The translations under genes were made by a program, and so were the position numbers. Below, one piece after another: positions 37,709-46,447 of a stretch of DNA of 64,000 nt. Position 1 is the first letter of the stretch, and the number at the start of each line of letters is the position of its first letter. The notes under the pieces were generated by a model that worked only from the letters and a program-made list of their open reading frames with translations, had not been told where the DNA came from and did no database searches. The DNA comes from Candidatus Dormibacter sp. (GTDB lineage: Bacteria; Chloroflexota; Dormibacteria; CF-121): contig JBDTEO010000017.1 in the NCBI GenBank assembly GCA_039922495.1, forward strand, positions 84,430 to 148,429. Reading direction: 5' to 3'.

Positions 37709-38395
37709 ATGGTGACCCAGGGAACGGCGGCCGAGGCGCAGAAGCAATCTGCCGCCGAGCGCGCACTGGGCCTGGTGCGGTCCGGAATGGTGATCGGCCT
37801 CGGCACCGGAACGACGGCCCGCTACTTCATCGAAGGCCTCGGGCGGCTGGTCGCCAATGGCCTCCAGGTCCAGGCGATCGTGACGTCCACCGACAGCCGC
37901 CGGCGCGCGATCGCCTCCGGGATTCCGCTTCGCGAACAGATCGACAGCCAGATCGACCTGACGGTCGACGGGGCGGATGAGATCGATCCGGCGATCGATT
38001 GCATCAAGGGACGCGGGGGGGCGCTGCTGCGGGAAAAGATCGTGGCCCACGCCAGCCGGCGCTTCGTCCTGATCGCCGACGATTCGAAGGTCGTCGACCG
38101 GCTCGGCCGTGGGCCGGTGCCGGTAGAGATCCTGCCGTTCCTCTGGGAGCGGACCAGCTATGGGATCGCCCAGCTGGGCGGGGATCCGGTGCTCCGGGCG
38201 GGCCCGGACGGCCCGTACCGAACCGATAACGGCAACCTGGTCCTCGACGTCCGCTTCGAGGGGATCGACCGCGACCTCGATGCGCGGCTGCACGCGATTC
38301 CGGGTGTGATCGAGCACGGTCTCTTCTTCGGCGTAGCTCACGCCGCCATCGTCGGCGGACCCTCGGGCATTCGCGTGCTGGGCGAGCTCGGCTGA
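37709..38395 (+). CDS. rpiA: ribose-5-phosphate isomerase A
   Basis: GMVIGLGTGTTARYFIEGL and DGADEID RpiA motifs. Confidence 0.9.
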   Translation: MVTQGTAAEAQKQSAAERALGLVRSGMVIGLGTGTTARYFIEGLGRLVANGLQVQAIVTSTDSRRRAIASGIPLREQIDSQIDLTVDGADEIDPAIDCIKGRGGALLREKIVAHASRRFVLIADDSKVVDRLGRGPVPVEILPFLWERTSYGIAQLGGDPVLRAGPDGPYRTDNGNLVLDVRFEGIDRDLDARLHAIPGVIEHGLFFGVAHAAIVGGPSGIRVLGELG

Positions 38396-38409
38396 CCTCG
38401 CGCTATGCT

Positions 38410-38598
38410 ATGCGACTGATGTCGTTCGAATACAAGGTGGTCGATAGCGTCGAGGAAGCCAACCGGCTTTCCGACCAGGGCTTCGAACTCTTCACCATCC
38501 TGCCGCCCGGACCGGCTGGCGGGGCGGACCGACTGTACCTGCGCAGGGAAAAACCTCGCGGTCAGACGCCGGGGTTTGTCCGGGAGTCCAAATCCTAG
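38410..38598 (+). CDS. DUF4177 domain protein
   Basis: YKVV ... GFELFTILP pattern typical of DUF4177. Confidence 0.5.
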   Translation: MRLMSFEYKVVDSVEEANRLSDQGFELFTILPPGPAGGADRLYLRREKPRGQTPGFVRESKS

Positions 38599-38611
38599 GG
38601 CGCCGACCCGA

Positions 38612-38640
38612 TTGACGCGATCGGCAATCTAGCCTACAAT
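38612..38640 (+). promoter_or_regulatory. sigma-70-like promoter (TTGACG-17-TACAAT) followed by a structured leader of about 100 nt
   Basis: Near-consensus -35/-10 hexamers with a 17-nt spacer; the leader contains a GCCC-GCAA-GGGC GNRA hairpin and AGAGGAG RBS. Confidence 0.5.
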
Positions 38641-38741
38641 TTGCGTATCACGATTTCGACAGCCCACCGGGCGATGTTCGCCCCGTGGAGTGTCTGTCGG
38701 GTATTGGGAATGGGCCCGCAAGGGCGTTCAGAGGAGTAAGT

Positions 38742-39155
38742 GTGCTGCAGCGAATGACCGCAACCATGGAACCGGCGCGCCACTACGAGGCGGCCATTCG
38801 GGCCATGTCCGAAGCCGCGGCGACCGCCGAAGCGACCCACGCGCCGATCCGGCTTGCCTACTGGCGGATGGCAGCGCTCGATACGCTGCTGGCTCGTCTC
38901 GAAGAACTGCGCCTGGCGGCCGAGCGGGAACTTCCCGACGACACGCTGGAACTGGTGGTGACCTTCGCCCAGCGTCACGACCACGAGCTCCGCGACCGGC
39001 TGCAGGAGATCAATGGGGAAGACGTCAACGCCGTCCATGACGCCGTGTTCGAGGCGCAGGGCCGCGTGATGCTCCAGCTCGCCGGGCTGCGGCGCGTGCC
39101 CAACTGGCAGGATCTCGACCTGGTGCTCGAGCCGGGGGGCGAAGAAGCCGCCTGA
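38742..39155 (+). CDS. hypothetical protein
   Basis: GTG start 6 nt after an AGAGGAG RBS; alpha-helical, Ala/Leu/Glu-rich; no motif. Confidence 0.45.
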   Translation: MLQRMTATMEPARHYEAAIRAMSEAAATAEATHAPIRLAYWRMAALDTLLARLEELRLAAERELPDDTLELVVTFAQRHDHELRDRLQEINGEDVNAVHDAVFEAQGRVMLQLAGLRRVPNWQDLDLVLEPGGEEAA

Positions 39156-39526
39156 CCGACGACCTCGGCGAGCGCGAGCGGCCGCTCGACATCGTCGCCG
39201 ATCGGCCGCGCCAACTGCTGACCGTCGCCTGGGCCGACGGGCACAACTCGAGGTACCACTTCGAGTTGCTCCGCTGGAACTGCCCTTGTGCCGAGTGCGC
39301 CGGGGAAGGGGGCCTGCCCGGCAAGCTGGCCAGCACCAGGGAACTCGGTGACGACCAGGTGATCCTCGATAGCATCGAGCCCGTCGGGCTCTTTGGGTTA
39401 CGCCCCTACTGGCACGACGGGCACAGCACCGGTATTTACGGCCTCAGGCTACTCCGGGCCCTGTGTCCCTGCGAGACCTGCGGTCCGGTTCGATCCGGCC
39501 GGCCCTCGGGCCTCGGCCGAGCTTAG
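39152..39526 (+). CDS. DUF971 (gamma-butyrobetaine hydroxylase N-terminal-like) protein; start codon unresolved
   Basis: Conserved DUF971 block LTVAWADGHNSRYHFELLRWNCPCAEC and a second CPCETC; this block lies upstream of the first canonical start (TTG 39266), with only CTG candidates in frame. Confidence 0.45.
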   Translation: MTDDLGERERPLDIVADRPRQLLTVAWADGHNSRYHFELLRWNCPCAECAGEGGLPGKLASTRELGDDQVILDSIEPVGLFGLRPYWHDGHSTGIYGLRLLRALCPCETCGPVRSGRPSGLGRA

Positions 39527-39852
39527 GCCCGGATTCCGGTCAGGCCGAGGTTCGCCTCGAGGGCAGCCTTCGGCTGGTAGCCCACGACCTGCTTGGCGAT
39601 CTTGCCGTCTCGGAACATGGCGACGTACGGGATGCCACGCACGCGGTAGCGCTCCGCGAGGGCCGGCTCCTCGTCAACGTTGACCTTGGCGATCTTGACG
39701 TCGGTGTGCTCGTTACCGATCTGGTCGAGTAGCGGGGCAAGCATCTTGCACGGTCCACACCAATCGGCGTAGAAGTCGACGATGACCGGCTGGTCGGACA
39801 GGAGCACTTGCTCCTCGAACGTGGCGGTGGTGACGTGAACTGGCTTGCTCAT
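39523..39852 (-). CDS. trxA: thioredoxin
   Basis: WCGPC active site, 109 aa. Confidence 0.95.
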   Translation of the reverse strand: MSKPVHVTTATFEEQVLLSDQPVIVDFYADWCGPCKMLAPLLDQIGNEHTDVKIAKVNVDEEPALAERYRVRGIPYVAMFRDGKIAKQVVGYQPKAALEANLGLTGIRA

Positions 39853-39935
39853 GACTCTCCTTGAGGGTTTGGTGTCTACAAAGAGAGTAACCCAGGAGCC
39901 GGTCCGGACATTCCGTCCCGGCTCCGGGATGCCGC

Positions 39936-40658
39936 CTAGTTGCTGAAGACCTCGACCACCATCGTTTTGGCGCCGTTCGAGGCGACCCCGATCCCGACCC
40001 GGTGGTAGGCGCCTTTGAGGATATTCGCCCGGTGCTCCGGCGAGTTCATGAACATCACGTTGATCTGGGCCATCGAGGGGTTGGTCGACCAGGCGATGTT
40101 CTCCCCGGCCGTGGTGTAGCCGATGCCCCAGAGATGGAAGAGCTCAAGAAAGGCCAGCTGGCCCGTGCTGGGGTCGTAGTGGGAGAAGTAGTTGCGATTG
40201 AGCATGTCCTGCGCCCGGTATTGCGCAACGCGGGCCAGGGTCCCGCTATAGGTCAGCGCCGCGACACCGTTGGCGGCCCGATCCTGGTTGACGAGCGCGA
40301 ACTGCACTCCGGCGGCGCCACCGACCGCGGAAACGGGCGGGCGAGGCGGAACTGGAGGAGCGTGGTAGACGGGAGCGGGCCTGGCTGCCGGCCGGGCCGC
40401 AACCGGGCCGGTACTTGCGGGCGGCGCGGCCGCCATGGCTGCCGGAGCCGGCGTCGCCGCCGCCAGGTCGTCGACGAATCGATTCAGATCGTTCACCCCG
40501 GCGTGACGCACGCGGGTAAACGCGACGTTCACCGGGTGCAGCTTGACCACGTGGGCCTCGGTGCTGGCGTGACCTGAGACGAGGACACCGACCGAGGCCA
40601 GAACGGCCAATGGCACTCCCACCGTGATGAAGACCGACTTCGTAACTGAGCGTGACAT
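39936..40658 (-). CDS. CAP (SCP/PR-1-like, YkwD-type) domain secreted or membrane-anchored protein
   Basis: N-terminal TM/signal, Pro/Ala-rich linker, C-terminal CAP block GENIAWS ... HRANIL. Confidence 0.7.
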   Translation of the reverse strand: MSRSVTKSVFITVGVPLAVLASVGVLVSGHASTEAHVVKLHPVNVAFTRVRHAGVNDLNRFVDDLAAATPAPAAMAAAPPASTGPVAARPAARPAPVYHAPPVPPRPPVSAVGGAAGVQFALVNQDRAANGVAALTYSGTLARVAQYRAQDMLNRNYFSHYDPSTGQLAFLELFHLWGIGYTTAGENIAWSTNPSMAQINVMFMNSPEHRANILKGAYHRVGIGVASNGAKTMVVEVFSN

Positions 40659-40786
40659 AGAGATACCCCCTTGTGCGATTTCTCGCCGATCCGGGGGATT
40701 CTAGGGGCTCAGCCGGGTCGGCGCCAAACCATCCGCCGTCCGAGAAACCGCTCCGCACGGATGGTCCCTAGCTGATAGTCCGTCTG

Positions 40787-41659
40787 TCAGGCGGTCGCCG
40801 CCACGAAAAAGAGCAGCTGACCGACCAGCTGGCCGGGCAAAAGGGCGATCATCGCCAGGTAGAGCAGCCCGGTGGTCGAGGTGAAAGAGCGAAGCCGGCA
40901 GGTTGGCCAGGCGAGCCCGGCGGCCACCAAGGGTAAGGCGACCGCCCCGAGGACCCAGAGGATCGAGAGGGGAGGGCTGAGGGCGAGGGGATGGGTGAGG
41001 GAGCCCGAACCGTGCGCCAGTCCGCGCAACATCAGCGGGTAGGTAAGCGCCTGGAGGACAAGTCCGACCAGCAGAACGCCGATGGCCCGAAGTAACGGCC
41101 GGTTTGTCAGGGCCGGCGTGACCAGGTACCAGTGCCCGAGGAGCATGCCGGTGGTGGCGGCGCCGAGCACGGTCGCCGAGAGGAAGATGGCCAGGCCGAT
41201 CGCGGCGCCATCCAGCGGCGACCCGGCAAGGGGCGCCAGGGCGAGGGCGATGCCCAACAGCAGGAGCACTGAAGCGGCAAGGGTCAGGACCCAGCTGGCG
41301 GGAGAGGTCGACCGCTGCCGAAAAATGATCACGACGTGGACCAACAGGGTGACCAGGACGAGAGCCTGAAGGTAGAGCAGCACGCGCGCCACCGCTGGGT
41401 CGATGCCAAGCAGTTGTTGGTAGGCGCCAGACGGAATGTCAAGCACCGTGAGAAACGCCAGGGAACCCACAATCGCGTAGGTCACCGCGATGAACTTGAG
41501 GAACCCGGTCGTTAGTCCGCCGGTGTAGCGGAGATAGGTGACGGTGGCCGCTCCGCCGACCGCGGTCTCGGCCAGCAGCAGGAACAGCGCGAGGGGGACG
41601 GTGACCGCCGCGACGCACTCGTGGCACGACGCGCTGGGAACGGCGGCTGACATAAGCAT
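40787..41659 (-). CDS. hypothetical polytopic membrane protein
   Basis: About 8 TM helices; the internal ATG at 41659 was chosen because the upstream ORF extension is Arg-rich, non-membrane junk. Confidence 0.5.
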   Translation of the reverse strand: MLMSAAVPSASCHECVAAVTVPLALFLLLAETAVGGAATVTYLRYTGGLTTGFLKFIAVTYAIVGSLAFLTVLDIPSGAYQQLLGIDPAVARVLLYLQALVLVTLLVHVVIIFRQRSTSPASWVLTLAASVLLLLGIALALAPLAGSPLDGAAIGLAIFLSATVLGAATTGMLLGHWYLVTPALTNRPLLRAIGVLLVGLVLQALTYPLMLRGLAHGSGSLTHPLALSPPLSILWVLGAVALPLVAAGLAWPTCRLRSFTSTTGLLYLAMIALLPGQLVGQLLFFVAATA

Positions 41660-41933
41660 CCCTGGGCAGTCTAAATTAGACAGATCAGCGAACCGTCGGC
41701 GGATGATCAGCATGGTTTTGTCCCGGTCACCCTCAACGAGGGGACCTGGAAAACGGCCGAAGGCGCGGTGATTCCGTGGTACGAGGTCCAGACCGACCTG
41801 GTGCCGGAAGCCCACGTCGAGGGGGCGGTTGAGCGCGTGCTGAGTGTCTATGGGGTCAGCGACGTCGTCGTCGACGCCTTCGACCAGTTTCGGAAGGAAT
41901 TGAAGCGACCGTCGTCGGCGGAGGAGTAATCGC

Positions 41934-42536
41934 GTGCTGTTTCCCCCACGCCACGAGCAGGATCCGCGCGTGCTCAAGGATCCGCGCCGGCTTCCACCTG
42001 GCCAGGTGCTGACACAGAAATGGCCGGTACTGTCCTATGGAGGCCCACCCCGGTATGACATGGCTGCCTGGCGGCTTCGTCTCTACGGTGAGGTCGCGGC
42101 GCCGGCCACGCTGAGCTGGACCCAGGTCAAGACCCTGTCGCCCTCCGGGGTCACGGCCGACATGCATTGCGTCACCACCTGGAGCCGGCTCGACAATCAC
42201 TGGGAGGGCGTCGCCTTCAAGGACCTGGCTGACCTGGTCAAGCCACGAAGCAGCGCGAAATACGTGATCGCGCATTGCGCCTCGAACTACACGACCAGCC
42301 TTCCGGTCGAGGTCCTGGCTGATGACGATGTCCTGATCGCCGATCGCCACGACGGTGAGGACCTGACCGCCGATCATGGCGGCCCACTGCGGCTGGTGGT
42401 GCCGAAGAAGTACGCCTGGAAAAGCGCCAAATGGCTGGAGGCGCTCGAATGGGTCGAGAATGATCGGCTCGGCTTCTGGGAGCGAAACGGCTACAACAAC
42501 TCGGCGGATCCCTGGCTCGAAGAGCGCTACTGGTAG
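41934..42536 (+). CDS. sulfite-oxidase-like molybdopterin-dependent oxidoreductase domain protein
   Basis: MHCVTTWSRLDNHWEGVAF resembles the Oxidored_molyb hCVegWS motif; about 200 aa, typical of YuiH/MsrP-like catalytic domains. Confidence 0.6.
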   Translation: MLFPPRHEQDPRVLKDPRRLPPGQVLTQKWPVLSYGGPPRYDMAAWRLRLYGEVAAPATLSWTQVKTLSPSGVTADMHCVTTWSRLDNHWEGVAFKDLADLVKPRSSAKYVIAHCASNYTTSLPVEVLADDDVLIADRHDGEDLTADHGGPLRLVVPKKYAWKSAKWLEALEWVENDRLGFWERNGYNNSADPWLEERYW

Positions 42537-42551
42537 GGCCGCCGAGACTCT

Positions 42552-42648
42552 ATACTCGATTCAGTTAGGGGTGCGTTTGGAACGCTGAGAGGTGGATCGC
42601 TCCGCCAACCCGTAGAACCTGATCTGGGTAATGCCAGCGGAGGGAAGC
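42552..42648 (+). promoter_or_regulatory. TPP (THI-box) riboswitch
   Basis: GGGGTGC ... CTGAGA ... ACCC ... GAACCTGATCTGGGTAATGCCAGCGGAGGGAA matches the TPP aptamer consensus nearly base for base; the ATG follows immediately. Confidence 0.85.
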
Positions 42649-44013
42649 ATGAGCGTCGCCGACCGACCGGTCGTCCCGACTGTCGAGGCGGACGCCTTCC
42701 TCAAGGTCGAGGCCCACGGCATCGAGGAGATCCCGGTCGCGGAGCGGACCGGCCGGCCGCGGGAGGTCGCCCTGCTCTGGGTGGCGGCCTTCGCCAACTT
42801 CGTGTCGCTGATCACGGGCGCCCTCCTGGTTGCCCTGGGTCTGGGCGTTGCCGAAGCCATCCTCGCGGTCTGGGTCGGGAGCATCCTGGCCGGTACGCTC
42901 CACGGGCTGCTCAGCGCCGCCGGCCCGCGGTTTGGGACGACCCAGGTCGTCGCTGCGCGTCACACCTTTGGCACGCGCGGTGCGGCCGGAGGCGCGTTCT
43001 TCACGCTCTTTCTTGCCATCGGGTGGTTTGCCGTTGACTGCGTCATCGCGACCCAGGCACTCGTCCAGGTTTGCCACCTGGCCGGGCTTCCAACGGGGCG
43101 CCTGACCAACGCCCTCGTCCTGCTCGTCGTGGTGGCCCTGTCCGTTATCGTCGCGGTCTATGGCCATAGCACCATCCAGGTTTTCGAACGCTACGGCGCA
43201 ATCCTGTTCGTCGCCTTCTGTGCGGTGCTGTTCGTGTCGCTGTTGCCACGCGTGAACTGGGGGCTGCCGCCCAGCGTGGCCGGCGCCGATCATGTCGCCG
43301 CGTGGATCCTCGGAACGAGCGTGATCTTCGCGCTGGTCGCGTCCTGGTTCAGCTTTGCGTCGGATTATTCGCGCTATCTCCCGCGCGAGGTGCGCCTGTC
43401 GTCGGTCGCCGGCTGGATTGGAGCCGGCACGTCACTCTCGATGGGACTCTTCGGCAGCGCCGGCGTTGTTTTGGCCAGTATCAAGCCGGCCAGCGCCGGC
43501 AATCTCCTGGGCCTCATCACCGACAGCGCGCCCGGGGCGATTGTCGTGCCGTTTCTTCTCTTTATCGCGATCGGGGAGATCTGGGCAAACTACCTCGACG
43601 TCTACACCGCAGGGCTCTCCGGGCTGGCTCTCAATCTGCGGCTGCGCCGCTGGACCGCCGCCCTTGCCTGCGGCCTGCTCGGCGGAGTCCTCGCCTACCT
43701 GGCGCTTTTTGTCTCGAACTTCAAGGACCAATACACGAACTTTCTCTTGATCACGTACCTCTGGGTCCCATCGTGGGCCGCGGTGGTCCTGGTCGATCTA
43801 TTCGTCTTTGGACGACGCGCCGGGACGCTCCCCGCTGTCCGCCCCGCCGCGGTGGCCGCCTGGCTCACCGGGCTGGTCGTAGCCATCCCCTTCGTCGACT
43901 CGACCTTATGGCAGAGTCCGCTTGCGATTGGCCTCCTGCACGGCACCGACATCTCGGGCTATGTCGGTGCCATGGTCGGCGGTGGCCTGTACCTGGTGAT
44001 TGGCCGGCGATGA
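42649..44013 (+). CDS. NCS1/purine-cytosine permease family transporter, probable hydroxymethylpyrimidine transporter (CytX-like)
   Basis: 12-TM permease with Transp_cyt_pur-like N-terminal pattern; directly riboswitch-controlled and coupled to thiD (ATGA overlap); the ORF-track start 42631 lies inside the aptamer, so 42649 is preferred. Confidence 0.7.
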   Translation: MSVADRPVVPTVEADAFLKVEAHGIEEIPVAERTGRPREVALLWVAAFANFVSLITGALLVALGLGVAEAILAVWVGSILAGTLHGLLSAAGPRFGTTQVVAARHTFGTRGAAGGAFFTLFLAIGWFAVDCVIATQALVQVCHLAGLPTGRLTNALVLLVVVALSVIVAVYGHSTIQVFERYGAILFVAFCAVLFVSLLPRVNWGLPPSVAGADHVAAWILGTSVIFALVASWFSFASDYSRYLPREVRLSSVAGWIGAGTSLSMGLFGSAGVVLASIKPASAGNLLGLITDSAPGAIVVPFLLFIAIGEIWANYLDVYTAGLSGLALNLRLRRWTAALACGLLGGVLAYLALFVSNFKDQYTNFLLITYLWVPSWAAVVLVDLFVFGRRAGTLPAVRPAAVAAWLTGLVVAIPFVDSTLWQSPLAIGLLHGTDISGYVGAMVGGGLYLVIGRR

Positions 44014-44819
44014 GCCAGGCTGTCGCGCTCACGATTGCCGGCTCGGATTCCGGCGCCGGCGCGGGGATCCAGGCGGACCTTAAGACGTTGGCCGCGCTCG
44101 GAATCTACGGTGTCAGCGTCGTCACCGCCGTGACGGCGCAGAACACGCTGGGAGTCCGCGCCGTGCAGGAGATCGAGCCGGCGCTGGTGACCGCCCAGCT
44201 CGACGCGGTGGCGGAGGATTTTTCCATCAGCGCGCTGAAGACGGGGATGCTCGCCAGCGCTCCGGTCATCGAACAGGTGGTTGCCGGAATCCGGCGGCAC
44301 CGGCTCCAACACCTGGTGGTCGACCCCGTGATGGTCGCGAAAAGTGGCGACCGGCTGTTGCGTGAAGACGCGGTCAATGCTCTTCGGACGCTGCTGCTGC
44401 CCCTTGCCGAGCTTGTCACCCCGAACCTTCCCGAGGCCGAGGTCCTCGCAGGACAGGCCATCCACTCAATGGCCGACCGGGTAAGCGCGGCCCGCGCCCT
44501 CCTCGCGCTAGGCGCCCAGGCGGTGGTCATCAAAGGCGGCCATGCCGACCAGGACCCGGTGGTCGATTTGCTGGTGGACCAGGACGGGGTCGAGGAGTTC
44601 CGAGCGCCGCGAATCCACACCACGAGTACGCATGGCACCGGGTGCACCTTCTCTGCGGCGATCGTCGCCGGGCTGGCCCGCGGGCTCGACCATGCCGCCG
44701 CGGTTGGCCTCGCGCGAGAATACGTGTCGGCGGCGCTGCAGCGGGCCGAGCCCCTTGGGCACGGACACGGTCCACTTGGTCATTTCGCCGCAAAGGAGGC
44801 AGCCGATGCCATTCGCTGA
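44010..44819 (+). CDS. thiD: hydroxymethylpyrimidine/phosphomethylpyrimidine kinase
   Basis: LTIAGSDSGAGAGIQADLKT N-terminal ThiD signature; ribokinase-fold C-terminal GTGCT. Confidence 0.9.
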   Translation: MSQAVALTIAGSDSGAGAGIQADLKTLAALGIYGVSVVTAVTAQNTLGVRAVQEIEPALVTAQLDAVAEDFSISALKTGMLASAPVIEQVVAGIRRHRLQHLVVDPVMVAKSGDRLLREDAVNALRTLLLPLAELVTPNLPEAEVLAGQAIHSMADRVSAARALLALGAQAVVIKGGHADQDPVVDLLVDQDGVEEFRAPRIHTTSTHGTGCTFSAAIVAGLARGLDHAAAVGLAREYVSAALQRAEPLGHGHGPLGHFAAKEAADAIR

Positions 44820-45438
44820 TCGCGACCTCGAATATCTCGAAGGCGTGCACGCACCGATGGGGCCGGTCCTCACGGAAATGCTCGAGGTGGGCCGGGCGGA
44901 GAAGATCCCGATCCTGCAGCCGTCCGCGGGACGATTCCTTCGCGTGCTTGTGATGGCGGTCGCGCCCAAACGCGTCCTCGAGATCGGTACGGCGATCGGG
45001 TTCTCCACCCTCTGGATAGCCGGCGCGCTCGCCGAGGGGGCACGGATCGATACCATCGACCCCGATCGCGCGCGAACCGATCGCGCCCGCCGCTATTGGT
45101 TGCGGGCCGGCGTCACCGACAAGATCCGCGTCATCAACGAACCGGCGCTGCGGGTGCTGCCTCGATTGGCTCCGGGAATCGAGTTTGCGTTCATCGATGC
45201 CATCAAGACGGAGTACATCGCTTACCTGGATGGGCTGCTGCCCAAGATGGCAGCCGGCGGGGTGATCACCGCCGACAACGTCCTTTGGAGCGGGCGAATC
45301 GCCGCCGGCGACCGGGACGAGGACAGCGCGGCGCTTCGGGCCTTCAACGAATACTTCCTGCATCACGACCAACTCGAGGCAACCGTTCTTCCCGTGGGCG
45401 ACGGCCTGGCCGTCGGCGTCGTCCGCCCGCACGCCTGA
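44806..45438 (+). CDS. class I SAM-dependent O-methyltransferase, family 3 (caffeoyl-CoA/catechol OMT-like)
   Basis: VLEIGTAIGFSTLW SAM motif I and FAFIDAIKTEY / DNVLWSG blocks typical of OMT family 3; AAAGGAGG RBS; overlaps the thiD 3' end by 14 nt. Confidence 0.7.
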   Translation: MPFADRDLEYLEGVHAPMGPVLTEMLEVGRAEKIPILQPSAGRFLRVLVMAVAPKRVLEIGTAIGFSTLWIAGALAEGARIDTIDPDRARTDRARRYWLRAGVTDKIRVINEPALRVLPRLAPGIEFAFIDAIKTEYIAYLDGLLPKMAAGGVITADNVLWSGRIAAGDRDEDSAALRAFNEYFLHHDQLEATVLPVGDGLAVGVVRPHA

Positions 45439-45460
45439 GATTCCCGGTACAGTACGTCGG

Positions 45461-46447
45461 TTGCCGCCTGAACCGCCTCCGCCGACCCGGGAACGGGTGC
45501 TGGATGCGTACCGCACCATCCTGCTGGCCCGCGCCCTCGACGATCGTCGCTTTCTCCTGAACCGCGTCGGCAAGCTGGCCTTCATCATCTCGCCGCGGGG
45601 ACACGAGGTCGCGCAGGTGGCGGCCATCACGGCGCTGGAACCCGGCCGCGATCGATTCTGTCTTTACTACCGGGACTTTGCCGCCGCCCTCGCGTGTGGC
45701 TTTACGCCTCGCGAGCTGATGCTCGGCGCGTTTGCGCGGGCGGGCGATCCGTCGAGTGGCGGCCGGCAGACACCTGGGAATTTCGGCAGCCGGCGTCGGG
45801 GGGTGGTGATCGGGTCCAGCACCGTCGGACCGCAGATCCCCAAGGCCGCGGGGATCGCGCTGGCGCTCAAATGGCGGGGCGATGGCGCGTTGTGTTTCGT
45901 GAGCTTTGGCGAAGGTGCCACCAGCCAGGGCGACTTTCATGAAGGCCTGAATTTCGCCGCGATTCACCGCTGTCCGGTGATCTTTTTTTGCGAGAACAAT
46001 CACTGGGCTATTTCCGTGCCGCAGCCCTTGCAGGTGGCTGGCCCCGGCGTGGCTGAGCGCGCCGCTGCCTACGGCATCCCGGGGGTGCGCGTTCGCGGCG
46101 ATGACTTTTTCGGGGTTCACGCCGCCGTCAGCCACGCGGCCCGGCGGGCCCGCGCCGGCGAGGGGCCCACCCTGATCGAGGCTGAGGTCGTTCGGCTGCA
46201 GTCCCATTCCACCGACGACGACCAGCGGGCCTATCGCGAGGCGTCTGACCTCTCGGCGGAAGCGACCAAGGATCCGATTCCGCGTCTGCGCGAGACCCTG
46301 ATCAGCCGCGGCTGGCTGACGGTCGACACTGATCGCGAAATGACCAATCGGCTCACGGTGGAAGTGGAACGAGCGACCGACGAGGCTGAAGTGGCCCCGG
46401 ACCCTGATCCGGCGACGCTGGCCCGCCACGTGTACGCCGATGCCTGA
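45461..46447 (+). CDS. 2-oxoacid dehydrogenase E1 component alpha subunit (TPP-dependent)
   Basis: TPP-binding GEGATSQGDFHEGLNFAAIHRCPVIFFCENNHWAIS. Confidence 0.85.
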   Translation: MPPEPPPPTRERVLDAYRTILLARALDDRRFLLNRVGKLAFIISPRGHEVAQVAAITALEPGRDRFCLYYRDFAAALACGFTPRELMLGAFARAGDPSSGGRQTPGNFGSRRRGVVIGSSTVGPQIPKAAGIALALKWRGDGALCFVSFGEGATSQGDFHEGLNFAAIHRCPVIFFCENNHWAISVPQPLQVAGPGVAERAAAYGIPGVRVRGDDFFGVHAAVSHAARRARAGEGPTLIEAEVVRLQSHSTDDDQRAYREASDLSAEATKDPIPRLRETLISRGWLTVDTDREMTNRLTVEVERATDEAEVAPDPDPATLARHVYADA

